A stretch of DNA of 64,000 nucleotides from Octopus bimaculoides (lineage: Eukaryota). The notes under the pieces were generated by a model. It was not told where the DNA came from. It searched no databases and saw only the letters and a program-made list of their open reading frames with translations. Of the stretch, positions 13,810 through 25,982 are shown piece after piece; the stretch's first letter is position 1; the number at the start of each line of letters is the position of its first letter. The position numbers and the translations under genes are program-made. The stretch covers positions 34,761,320 to 34,825,319 of the forward strand of contig NC_068983.1 of the NCBI RefSeq assembly GCF_001194135.2, given 5' to 3'.

Positions 13810-14210
13810 GCTAGGCTCGGGTGTGGTTTCGTGTGATACAAAGCTTGCTTCACAAATACATGCTTCTCCAATTCAGTCTCACAACGTGGTGCGTTGGGCA
13901 AGTGTCTTCTACTGTATCCTGAGGCTGAAAACTGAAACCCCATCGAATATATGTGGGTGTGTGGGGGGAACTTGACTTTGTGTGTTCTTATGTGTGTGTT
14001 TCTAAGTGTGTATGTATCTTTATGACTGACTTAGTCCAGAACCACGATTTGACAACTGATGTGTGTTGGTTTACGTCCTCGTAGCTTACCTGGTGGGCGA
14101 AAGACGCCGATAGAATGAGTACCAGGCTTAGAAAAAGTTCTCGGGTTGATTTGTACGATTAGAACTCTTTAAGGCGGTCCACAGCATGTCCGCAATCAAA
14201 TGACTGAAAA
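13810..14210 (+). mobile_element. SINE family C, degenerate near-full-length copy
   Basis: Head ...aagcttgctt...gggcaagtgtcttctact, an internal TG-rich tract, and tail ccgatagaatgagtaccaggcttag...caaatgactgaaa. Confidence 0.65.
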
Positions 14211-14218
14211 ATTATAAG

Positions 14219-14256
<38 letters not shown>

Positions 14257-15379
14257 TATATATGTATCTCTCTATATATATATACATATATATATGTGTG
14301 TGTGTGTGTGTATGTATGTATGTACGTATGTATGTATGTGTACGTATGTATATGTATAAATAGATGGATTTATTTATACAAGATTGTACGTGCAACTGCG
14401 TGGGATGAATGAAATCAGTACAGTTTTTGATTACGTTCCGACTATTACATAAACTATAAGCAATATGAATGGTAAAAAATCTGTGAAAGTGTTATCCTAG
14501 CAAGCAGCCCAATAAATGGTTTCAGTCAAATAAAGATTAAGTGAGTGTATATTTCATACAACACCAATCAATTAGAAGCTGGTAATTATTCTTTTTTGTA
14601 AGCCAATAAAGATTCATGCAATACCAAGTGGAATAACTGGACAGATAATTTTCCCTATTCGATGAACATCATATGCAAATATTTCAAGCGGTGAAATGTT
14701 TGAGGTGCTATATCGCCGAATATACTCTTTCGTATGATTTTTCCGGCCCACTGCTTCCTGCGTTCCTATTATATAACTACCAAGAACATTTTCCATTTTC
14801 ACTAGTTTCCTAAACTACAAGTATTCATTGATAAAAGAAAACAAAACACAAAACAGCTTCTAATGAATTTCCCCCAGATTTTATTTATTTTTACCTTTAA
14901 TGAAACATCTCCGTAAAATTGTATCTAATAAATAAAGCACACGTCATATCATTTTAACAATTTCAAAAAAGAATGAAATGATGCTATAAATCATTACCTC
15001 CAATTTGAAATTTCAAAAACTTCATATAAGAGAAAACAATTGAAATATGTAAATTTTGTGCATCAAGCCCAATTTTTGTAATCACGCCTTATATGAACAA
15101 ATTATTATCTCTCTTCCATCATTAGGGATACTACTTTAACATATAAGCCGGAATATCTTAGTTACCAGATGAGAATATTTCGAGCAAATAAGCAAATATA
15201 TTTACTGGTGACCAACCCTCAGGAAATTATTATTTCTAGCTACCAAAATACATATACAACTGCACTTTACACCTACAGAATGTTCGGACTCAATCTCAGG
15301 ATTTTTAATGCTGTTTTCTCTCAGTAACAGGCTTGATGTATTGGTGAACAGGCAACGGTGTTGAAGAACATAAAGGTTA

Positions 15380-16166
15380 AACTTGTAATAGAGAAGTTAG
15401 ATGTTATGGAGGACTGAAAAGAGTCATCATGACAATTCGGATCATGTATCAAAATACCGATATCATAAGTGCTGCTAAATATTCTATGAACACTGTGAAT
15501 GCTGTAAGACGTGAAATGGACAGCTGCAACGGAGACTACGAACAGTGGCCAACAGAGAAGTAATGAGATTTGGGTGTGCTCCAGTGAGTGAAACATCATG
15601 TCGCTCCAGATCTTTGAACAGGGCCTTAGGCTCAGTCGAGACAGCTATGTGAAGTTGCATGAGACTGGTAAAAATCTGGATGGACAGGATTGCTGCTAGA
15701 ACGCCATATGTGTATTAGCAGGATCTGCCCCCTTGCCATACCTCCAGAAAGAGTCAGAAGGGATTGTTTGGAGAATTTCGACGCTTTCGCCAGCCCCAAC
15801 TTCTGGTCTCCTACTTCTCCCATTTGCAATCCTATGGTCACAATGTGTGAGGCCCGTTTAAAAAAACATCACCTGCTCTGCCTAAAACACTAAGGCCGAG
15901 CTGGTGGCAAAAACCAAGTAGGTGTTCGAAGGTCTTTCCAGGGACACAGTGAGGAAGGCATGCACCAGTTTCCGCATCCGTCTTGAGGTCGTGGGTGGTG
16001 GAAGCTGAGGGCAGTTATTTTGACTATTTTGAGTCCACTGCTATTTTCCTGACGTAATCTAGTTGGTGCATTTTTTTTATATTATAAATTAACTTTAGTT
16101 TAGCATGGGATATTGCGTTTCCTTTACCCTTTATGTAAACTGTCAAATTTATCCCGAACTGCACTA
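15380..16166 (+). mobile_element. Decayed Tc1/mariner-superfamily transposase, maT/DD37D-like, with putative right terminus
   Basis: Frameshifted translation: IFEQGLRLSRDSYVKL / WMDRIAARTPYVY*QD / APCHTSRKSQK / ENFDAFASPNFWSPTSPICNPM / AELVAKTK*VFEGLSRDTVRKACTSFRIRLEVV / EAEGSYFD. It ends cccgaactgcacTA at 16166. No left TIR was found. Confidence 0.75.
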
Positions 16167-17839
16167 GCGATAAATCATTGTTTGTAGACACTCTGAAGTG
16201 AATAACCTACAGGAATGTGAGCTATTAACTCAGTGATTAAGAAACCGACGTACTATCTTTCATCGCTGTTGTTGATGTTGTTGTTGTTGCTGCTGCTGCT
16301 GTTTTTGTTGTTATTGTTTCAGGTTAAGTTCAGTATTGGAGCGGAAATGTAAAGAGTATAACCGCGACGACAATATAAAATGCATTTTAAGTCGGTGAAG
16401 CTTCAATTCAGAAAGATTTGACTACTGTGTAGCAGAAATAATGACGAGATGGAAGTATGTCGATGTTTCAACAGAGTATCGATAATGCTAGCATCCGCTC
16501 TCTTTCAGCATTGGTTAGCTGCTTAATTAAAATTTAGATCTCATACCAGTTACTGCCAACACAAATAGTTTATAATGATATAGTTTAATTGTACANNNNN
16601 NNNNNNNNNNNNNNNNNNNNNNNNNNNNNNNNNNNNNNNNNNNNNNNNNNNNNNNNNNNNNNNNNNNNNNNNNNNNNNNNNNNNNNNNNNNNNNNNNNNN
16701 NNNNNNNNNNNNNNNNNNNNNNNNNNNNNNNNNNNNNNNNNNNNNNNNNNNNNNNNNNNNNNNNNNNNNNNNNNNNNNNNNNNNNNNNNNNNNNNNNNNN
16801 NNNNNNNNNNNNNNNNNNNNNNNNNNNNNNNNNNNNNNNNNNNNNNNNNNNNNNNNNNNNNNNNNNNNNNNNNNNNNNNNNNNNNNNNNNNNNNNNNNNN
16901 NNNNNNNNNNNNNNNNNNNNNNNNNNNNNNNNNNNNNNNNNNNNNNNNNNNNNNNNNNNNNNNNNNNNNNNNNNNNNNNNNNNNNNNNNNNNNNNNNNNN
17001 NNNNNNNNNNNNNNNNNNNNNNNNNNNNNNNNNNNNNNNNNNNNNNNNNNNNNNNNNNNNNNNNNNNNNNNNNNNNNNNNNNNNNNNNNNNNNNNNNNNN
17101 NNNNNNNNNNNNNNNNNNNNNNNNNNNNNNNNNNNNNNNNNNNNNNNNNNNNNNNNNNNNNNNNNNNNNNNNNNNNNNNNNNNNNNNNNNNNNNNNNNNN
17201 NNNNNNNNNNNNNNNNNNNNNNNNNNNNNNNNNNNNNNNNNNNNNNNNNNNNNNNNNNNNNNNNNNNNNNNNNNNNNNNNNNNNNNNNNNNNNNNNNNNN
17301 NNNNNNNNNNNNNNNNNNNNNNNNNNNNNNNNNNNNNNNNNNNNNNNNNNNNNNNNNNNNNNNNNNNNNNNNNNNNNNNNNNNNNNNNNNNNNNNNNNNN
17401 NNNNNNNNNNNNNNNNNNNNNNNNTATATATATATATATATATATATATGATTGTGTGTGTGAGTTTGTGTGTGTCTGTGCGTCAGTGTGTGTCTATACG
17501 TCAGTGTGACTTTGGGTACAAGTGTGCCTAAGCCTATGACTAGCTATCGATTATCAGTTGGAGATATTTCAGTTAAATTATACTAATACAGGTGATGACA
17601 AAAGCAATACTTTCATTCTCTCTCTTTTATCACTGAAGTGTGAAAATGCGAGACACCCGCGTAGTTCAATTCTACATACTAGAAATCCGTTTGCTTAATG
17701 GAGAGTCTCATTAGCAACATGCTTTAAAACTGTAATGATTTCCTCTAGAAATTAAAGTATCTATGAACAGGAGTAACGAAGCACGTGACCAGGAAACCTC
17801 AGGAAAGTCATGCTACCATTGTGATGGAGCGGACGCTGG

Positions 17840-18030
17840 GAGGAGTAAGGTGACCGAAGGTATGCCCGAGCACGACGTGGCACTATACTTTCGGAGTCGA
17901 CATGATAGCGTTGTCATGTGGCCTGAATGGAACCAGAAGGAAAGCGAGCAATCGAGATGTCAGAAGGCTCGTTGATCTCAGAGCACTGTCATATCAAAGA
18001 TCTCCAACTGGACATTATGACTTGTAGTAC
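17840..18030 (+). pseudogene. Possible RTE-like LINE 3' coding remnant
   Basis: CHVA*MEPEGKRAIE...HIKDL loosely resembles the RTE C-terminal GHV.R...EGKR.RGRP..W.D...DL motif. Heavily decayed. Confidence 0.3.
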
Positions 18031-18240
18031 TACCGGTTTAATTTCTGAGTTAGAAGTTCAAGTACAGCATTTCTTTCTATTTCCTCGGGGTCGACAAAAT
18101 AAAGTATCAAGCAAGCAGTATATTTGATGGCATCGGCTAACACTCTGTCTTCACATTTGCTGGTTCCGTACCTAAAGGGAAAACACGGTGAGGGCTGGCA
18201 GAACTGGAGGAACATCAGACAAATTGACTTCACTCTTTAT

Positions 18241-18275
<35 letters not shown>

Positions 18276-18762
18276 GAGAAAGAGAGAGAGAGAGAGACAG
18301 ATAGATANNNNNNNNNNNNNNNNNNNNNNNNNNNNNNNNNNNNNNNNNNNNNNNNNNNNNNNNNNNNNNNNNNNNNNNNNNNNNNNNNNNNNNNNNNNNN
18401 NNNNNNNNNNNNNNNNNNNNNNNNNNNNNNNNNNNNNNNNNNNNNNNNNNNNNNNNNNNNNNNNNNNNNNNNNNNNNNNNNNNNNNNNNNNNNNNNNNNN
18501 NNNNNNNNNNNNNNNNNNNNNNNNNNNNNNNNNNNNNNNNNNNNNNNNNNNNNNNNNNNNNNNNNNNNNNNNNNNNNNNNNNNNNNNNNNNNNNNNNNNN
18601 NNNNNNNNNNNNNNNNNNNNNNNNNNNNNNNNNNNNNNNNNNNNNNNNNNNNNNNNNNNNNNNNNNNNNNNNNNNNNNNNNNNNNNNNNNNNNNNNNNNN
18701 NNNNNNNNNNNNNNNNNNNNNNNNNNNNNNNNNNNNNNNNNNNNNNNNNNNNNNNNNNNNNN

Positions 18763-18795
<33 letters not shown>

Positions 18796-18799
18796 TGTA

Positions 18800-19460
18800 C
18801 AAGGGTTGGACAAAATAATGGAAACATCTTAAAATTTAAAACAAAGTTATTTTGATATATGATGGGACTGCATTTGGCAGTAAATACACCTTGAATTCTA
18901 TGAGGTATGGACTCGTACAAAGTTTGAACTGTTTCCAAACTAATTTTTGTGCATTCTTCAGCTAAAACAGTCTCCAATTCTTGTAGCGATGATGGTGGAG
19001 GATATCGACTCCTAAATTGTTTTTCTAAAATGCACCATAAATGTCCAATAATATTGACATCTGGGGGCTGTGATGGCCAGATAAGATGTTCAACTTAGCT
19101 AGAATGTTCCTCGTACCATTCAGTAACGACTTTAGCTGTATGAATTGGTGCATTTCCCTCCGGAAACAGTTCCGCAACCATAGGATGAATTTGATCAGAT
19201 AAAATGCTTAACTATTCTTCACTATTAATTCTGCTATGAAGGGAAACCATCGGGCCGGCGAATTTCCAAGATATACCCCACCCCGAGACCATTACAGATC
19301 CTCCTCCATGTTTAACAGTTGGGTCAAATGCTTCTTTTGGCTGTCTCCACACGTATACTCGGCCGATGACTGGAAATAAGGCAAAGGATGGCTCGTCCGA
19401 GAAAATAACATTCTTCTACTGCTCTAGGGACCAATTCTGTAGGTTTTTATTCCACTCTAA
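18800..19460 (-). mobile_element. Tc1-family (DD34E) transposase remnant with one TIR
   Basis: Minus strand: KNVIFSDEPSF...PTVKHGGGSVMV...NAPIHTAKVVTEW...WPSQPPDVNIIGHLW...LETVQTLYESIPHRIQGV. TIR-like caagggttggacaaaataatggaaac follows TA at 18798-18799. Confidence 0.88.
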
Positions 19461-19524
19461 CAGTTGCAACGTTTGTTTTTGAAAGTACTTGTTTTCTGAT
19501 TGGAGTAGGAGTTAAAAGAAAAAT

Positions 19525-20132
19525 CCCAAACAGTCAACCACCTCCTCTTCATGGATGATTTGAAAATGTATGGCAAATATGAGACACAAGTGGGTTCCAA
19601 TGTGAACACGGTCTATTGTTTTAGTACTGATATTAGAATGGAATTTGGACTCAAGTAGTGCGGAATAATCTACCTGAAAAGAGGCAAAGTATAGTCCCTA
19701 GTAGAGATAGAATTCCCGAATTGAGACTTAATTAAACAAAATGAAACGGAAGGATACATATACCTTGGTGTAATAGAGTTCAACGAGATAATGGAAAAGG
19801 AAATGAAAGAGCAACTGAGAATGGAATAATTCCGAAGACAAAGGTAGTTGTTGCACCCAAAATTGACTGGAGGAAATAAAATTCAAATAGTTAATACGCG
19901 GGCGATGGCATCACTTCGGCATAGAGCGGGATTTTATAAACTGGCAAATGGGAGAAGTGATGAAAATGGATACTAAGACCAGAAAAATCTTGACAGTGCA
20001 CGGAGCCTTCCACCCTGAGAGTGACACCGGCAGGCAGTGCCTGTACAGAAGAAAGGGTGTGAGAGGTTCGATCAGTTGCCAGGACTGCATCGAAGCAGAA
20101 GAAAACAGCTTAGTGTGCTATATAAAATATGC
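19525..20132 (+). pseudogene. Reverse transcriptase fragment of an R4/Dong-like (RLE-type) non-LTR retrotransposon
   Basis: VNHLLFMDDLKMYG...DIRMEFGLK*C...YIYLGV...KLTGGNKIQIVNT...MDTKTRKILTVHGAFHPESDTGR...EAEENSL, with in-frame stops. Confidence 0.85.
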
Positions 20133-21104
20133 AGTGCAGTCATTATCATTATTATTATTATTATTATTGTTCAGTAGTTTTATTTTTATAACGTGCTTTC
20201 ACTTCACTACCGAGCGCAGCTCTGTGCGCCTTGGGTATGTGCTGTGGTTTGCTGTGGTGCTCTTATGTTTACTGTATTGAAAGTGTTTTGCGTAGAATGT
20301 GTGCAGTACCCAGTAGTGCAATTTTCTGTATGTTATATATNNNNNNNNNNNNNNNNNNNNNNNNNNNNNNNNNNNNNNNNNNNNNNNNNNNNNNNNNNNN
20401 NNNNNNNNNNNNNNNNNNNNNNNNNNNNNNNNNNNNNNNNNNNNNNNNNNNNNNNNNNNNNNNNNNNNNNNNNNNNNNNNNNNNNNNNNNNNNNNNNNNN
20501 NNNNNNNNNNNNNNNNNNNNNNNNNNNNNNNNNNNNNNNNNNNNNNNNNNNNNNNNNNNNNNNNNNNNNNNNNNNNNNNNNNNNNNNNNNNNNNNNNNNN
20601 NNNNNNNNNNNNNNNNNNNNNNNNNNNNNNNNNNNNNNNNNNNNNNNNNNNNNNNNNNNNNNNNNNNNNNNNNNNNNNNNNNNNNNNNNNNNNNNNNNNN
20701 NNNNNNNNNNNNNNNNNNNNNNNNNNNNNNNNNNNNNNNNNNNNNNNNNNNNNNNNNNNNNNNNNNNNNNNNNNNNNNNNNNNNNNNNNNNNNNNNNNNN
20801 NNNNNNNNNNNNNNNNNNNNNNNNNNNNNNNNNNNNNNNNNNNNNNNNNNNNNNNNNNNNNNNNNNNNNNNNNNNNNNNNNNNNNNNNNNNNNNNNNNNN
20901 NNNNNNNNNNNNNNNNNNNNNNNNNNNNNNNNNNNNNNNNNNNNNNNNNNNNNNNNNNNNNNNNNNNNNNNNNNNNNNNNNNNNNNNNNNNNNNNNNNNN
21001 NNNNNNNNNNNNNNNNNNNNNNNNNNNNNNNNNNNNNNNNNNNNNNNNNNNNNNNNNNNNNNNNNNNNNTACTACTACTACTACTACTACTACCCACTAC
21101 TACA

Positions 21105-21432
21105 CGGCTCAGTGATTAGAGCGTCGAGCTTACGATCGCGAGATTGTGAGTTTGAATTCCGGACCGGGCTGCGTGTAGTGTTCTTGAGCAAGACACTTTA
21201 TTTCACGTTGCTCCAGTTCACTCAGCTGTAGAAATGAGTTGCAACGTCACAGGTACCAAGCTGTATCGGCCTTTGCTTTTCCCTTGGATAACACTGGTGG
21301 CGTGGAAAGGCGAGACTAGTATGCACGGGCGACTGCTGGTGTTCCATAAGCAAACTTGCCCGGACTTGTGCCTCGCGGGGTACCTTTCTAGGTGCAATCC
21401 CATGGTCAGTCATGACGGAAGAGGGTCTCAGC
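21105..21432 (+). mobile_element. SINE family B inserted in a (TAC)n tract
   Basis: cggctcagtgattagagcgtcg...gagtttgaattcc head and ttgagcaagacactttatttcacgttgctccagttcactcagctg core. ctactac repeats lie on both sides. Confidence 0.8.
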
Positions 21433-21444
21433 CTACTACTACTA

Positions 21445-21752
21445 GACGTTCCATGTACTTCTCAAGATTTTTACTCAATGTTCCCAGGGTCCGACAATTA
21501 TTGGTACTACTGCCACCTTTTTCATCGACCACAACTGCTTAACCTCCCAAGCTAACCTGTCATATCTATCGACTTTTCTTTCTTCCTTATCGCATAACTT
21601 TTTTTCAGCTGGACATGCTATATCAATGATCCAGCATAGTTTGTTTTCTTTCTCAATTAAGACTATGCCTGACTTCCTATTCTCTATCTCATGGTCGCAC
21701 TGAATCATAAAATCTCACAGGATCTTTGCAATATCATTTTCGATGATGCCTC
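21445..21752 (-). pseudogene. Restriction-like endonuclease (RLE) domain fragment, R4/Dong-like
   Basis: GIIENDIAKIL*DFMIQCDHEIENRKSGIVLIEKENKLCWIIDIACP...KEERKVDRYDRLAWEVKQLW...VVPIIVG matches the RKPD...IID.A.P...KE..K..KY motif. Confidence 0.82.
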
Positions 21753-21856
21753 ATCTTTTGGGGGTCGATAAATTAAGTACCAGTCGAGCACAGTGGGTGC
21801 TATAAGGGACTAGCACATTCACCCCAAATTCCAGGCCTTGTCCCTTTATTAGAAAT
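21750..21856 (+). mobile_element. SINE family A, 3' half
   Basis: ggggtcgataaattaagtaccagt...ccaaattccaggccttgtcc, as in 330-549. Confidence 0.65.
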
Positions 21857-21884
21857 TATTATTATTATTTTTATTACTTTCATC

Positions 21885-21991
<107 letters not shown>

Positions 21992-23419
21992 TTCCTGTAA
22001 TAGAGGCAGAACATTCAGCATCTGTATATGTAAATTATATTATAAATACCCTTTCTATCAAATTTCACAATCATTTCAAATAATTTAATTAATGTTTGAG
22101 TGTTTGTAGAATTGTCCCAGTGATTATTATTTCGTTATCAATTTGTACATGAGTTTCCTTGTTACTTTCTCATGAAAAATGATTAAAATGAAGATCGTTT
22201 CGTAATAGGATTTCCTTTTCCTTTATCTTGCTTGGTGTAAATTAAGTATTTGGCATTCAGTTTTTATTGTATTAATAGCTTTCTGTTCCCTCTTGCCTAC
22301 AGACACGAAATCATTGGCGCAGGTTGATGAGGTGACAACCTACAATGTGAAAAGGTCTCGAGTTTATATTACGACAGGTGTTATACATGTCGTCCATAAA
22401 TGAATCATTAAATTCTCGCTAGGCTCGTGCACTTGCTTGTGAGAAGTAGCGACGTATAATTAATTAGTTGTTCGTTGAGTTGCAATTGATTTGAATTTAA
22501 AATCTCCGAACTGGTTTTAAGAACACAATACGAATACACTTTAGCTACAAGATTATCGGGTGTCGAAGCCAATATCTTTGTTCTATAAAATTATTGGTTG
22601 ATTAAAAGCTCTCAGTTTAAATCCAACTACCACAATCATGAACTGCATAACCCATTGAAGGGAAGAGGTCTAAGCAGTCGCCCTGTATTCAAGAAATAGG
22701 AGTCATTCAACCATGTTTAAAAGTGAAAGACACATTAAGTCATTGCACGGAGTCTGAATATAACTGGAATATCTGAATTTAACTAGCCAAGTCTGGAAAG
22801 CCTTTGATATCACTTCTGCATAACTAAGACTCACTTGGAGCTCACCAGCAACAATAATTACTGTGTGATCAAGAAGAGGGATAGGTTGAAAGTAACAGTC
22901 AAAGCGTTGTTAGTCTTCATCATTAGCAACTTTATATATCTTAATACAAGGAATCCGAGAGCAACCACAATATTTTGTATTGTATAATGGTGTAAAATAC
23001 TTTGATATGTATTACTGATTTATTATTTTCGTCGAAAGCGGCAAAATCATAAGATTAGTAGTCTGATGTGTCGATTTCTCTTGGAAAATCATTAACTGAT
23101 TAAATTACTTGAATAAAATTAAATAGGCATGCAAATTTGTCATCCTCACCGGTTTCATTGTTAAAATAAGATACCAAAAATCAAATATGACATTAGACAT
23201 TTTCTTTAAATTCTCCATATATTCTATTTGAACTTCATTTGTTATTCTCAGCAATATTATGAATATTAGTGTGGATATCAGTGTTGTCGTGACATCTAAT
23301 TCTCTGAAATTAATACAGATTCTTATCAGATGTGTGTAAGGGTTGAATTGCGATCAATGGTACCGGTAATGTTTAGCTTTGATAAGATTTGTTGGCAATC
23401 CGTTTAAATGAATAGACTA

Positions 23420-24240
23420 GGTGTGCTGAGCCTGAGCCACAAGGTTATATTTGCAGCTATAGAAGTAGCAGAGAGGGTTGAACTGAAAATAGGAGATGGC
23501 GCGCTTGCCATGAGCAGGATGTGAGGAGGTAAAGATAAGGTGGGTGTAGGATTGGATGCGTTTATAGAGATCAGAAGTGGAAAAGATGAGAGAGAAGATA
23601 CTCAAAAAACACAAGATCTCGATGAAGTTAAGGAAAGTATTGGCGATGGAAGTTTGGGACTCAAGAGAAGGGTGCAACGCTCTGAAGAATAAAATGAACG
23701 TGTTTAGTTCTTCGTTAGAAAGATAAGGGGTGCCGATACAACCATGATTGTAACGGCCAGATAATTCTTCGGGTGGGGATCAGTAAACTCGGAAAAGATT
23801 TGTGTCGCAACATAGACAACAAATAAGTTTTCATACCCATGGTTATTCCAATGATCGATATATAGAGAGTTGATATCAATGGTGGATATTGGGGGGACGG
23901 AGAGGAAGAAATGAAAATGGCGCATAGAATGTTACCATAGACAGGTGAGGGAAAAGCAGCAAATAACAGTGTCAGTGGTGCGTAGGTATAATAGCATGAG
24001 TTAAGCAGGGGCAAGTACAATAAGAAAACACATTTCGGCAGAGCTGTAGTGGGGTTTATGGATGTTAGACAAGACGTATAATTTGGAGATCTGGAGTATG
24101 CGGACCATACGTTTGGGAACTGCTGAAATTAGAAGCGGGAAAGATATAAATCTGGGGCTAAAAAGGGTGAAACAAGGCGAAAAGTAGGTTCATAGAGCAA
24201 AGAACAGGATACAGGAGTATTCCGAAGCACTACAGGCATA
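23420..24240 (-). pseudogene. Decayed Penelope-like element reverse transcriptase
   Basis: Minus-strand pieces in PLE RT order: DINSLY, GITMGMK, QSWLYRHPLSF (cf. W.RYIDD.F), LHPSLE...LNFIEI...SDLYKR...YTHLIFTSSHPAHGKRAISYFQF (cf. T.LY.K.T...YL.F.S.HP...K.AI.YSQ). Confidence 0.65.
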
Positions 24241-25939
24241 GCCAACACACACACACACACATATATGTATGTATGTGTGAACATGTTTGTATCTAAGAAT
24301 ATGTGGAAGTATAAGACTATGTAAATATATGTGTTTATATATTTGTATATAAACATACATATATAACGATATATATGTACATGAATACATATACACACAT
24401 ACATACATACATACATGAATACGTATTTATATACATAATGCATACATACACACATGCAGACAAATATTTATATATACATATATCCATTGTTTATAGTGGC
24501 CGTATCCCATCATCTTTATAAAGACAAACGAAAGGCTTCTAAAATCTGAAAATAGTGGAACTTCCTGTCTCTATGTTATCGATTAATCACCACGTCTCGA
24601 TCTCAACTACCATTTATCGAACTTTCAAATTGATCAATGGTCTAATTTAATTTGCTTTACATACGATATATATATATATATATATATATAAACATTTAAC
24701 GTTCATGTTTTTTACAAGTATTTTCAATGTATACATTTGTTGTTTTTTGTTTAGGAAAAGTTCAGCAAACCAAATATTTGATTGATTCGATTGTGAATCT
24801 TGCTTACAAATTTTCAAAATACATTAACGCTGGATACATAATAAAGATAGAGAAAAAACGTTTCTGCCTAATAGTTTAATTAGCTACATTCAAGGATGTA
24901 TTCATGATAAAATGTGCTTTCTATCTGAATAATACCTACGTACATTACATAGATACACACATATATTCGTACATATATACATGCGCATATACATAGATAT
25001 ATTCGCACATACATTAATACATACATACATACATACATATGTATTGCATATGTGAAAATACATATGCGCCTGTGTGAATACGTATAAGCATATAAATATT
25101 ATATATATATATATGTATGTATGGAAAGACATGAATATATATACGTATATATATATATATATTATTTTGCTTAAAAGAGTTCCAACACTGTCTGTTTTTT
25201 ATGTTTTATTTATATTCCTGCAGAACTAATGTGGGGTATAGAATATGGAATATACAATATATAATATAATATACAATATATAATATAAAATAAAATAAAA
25301 ATGGATGGCACCATGAAATATATGTATATATGTGTATGTGCGTGATATAGTTATNNNNNNNNNNTGTGTATGTGCGTGATATAGTTATGTGCATTTATAT
25401 AAATAAATAAACATATATATTGTATATGTACGTATGCATGTATGTGTATATGTATATGCATTAAATATCTATATATATATATATATATTTCTATATATAT
25501 ATGTGTGTGTGTATGTGTGTTTGTGTGTGTGTGTGTGTGTGTGCGTGTGTGAACGATTATATATTCGTATCAAAGAATTACATATATTATAGATTATTGA
25601 GAAATATATGTGTGCGCGCGCGCATGTGTATGTGTTTGTGCGTGTATGTGTGTGTATGTGTGTGTGTGTGTCTGTTGTGTATGTTACTTGCCGTGTATAT
25701 GAAAGTGTACCATAATTTATATAACGCATATACATACAGAAATGCTTACGAAGGGAAAGAATATGGCGTCTGATACCCAACAGAAATTCGTGCGTTGTAT
25801 GTAAAAGCATCCACATTGGATAACAAATATATGAATAGGCATAAATATTCATACTTACACATGCATGTGTATGTGACTAGGAGCAACACATATACTTGTA
25901 TATATATATATATATATATATTGATAGATATGTAGATAG

Positions 25940-25982
<43 letters not shown>

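Noticed and set aside
14614-14802. 62-aa ORF with a vague piggyBac-like RYSTS motif
   Set aside because: Insufficient similarity; no TIR or TTAA seen.
22540-22930. Possible RTE endonuclease remnant on the minus strand
   Set aside because: The key GDFN motif is not preserved, and the resemblance is too subjective.
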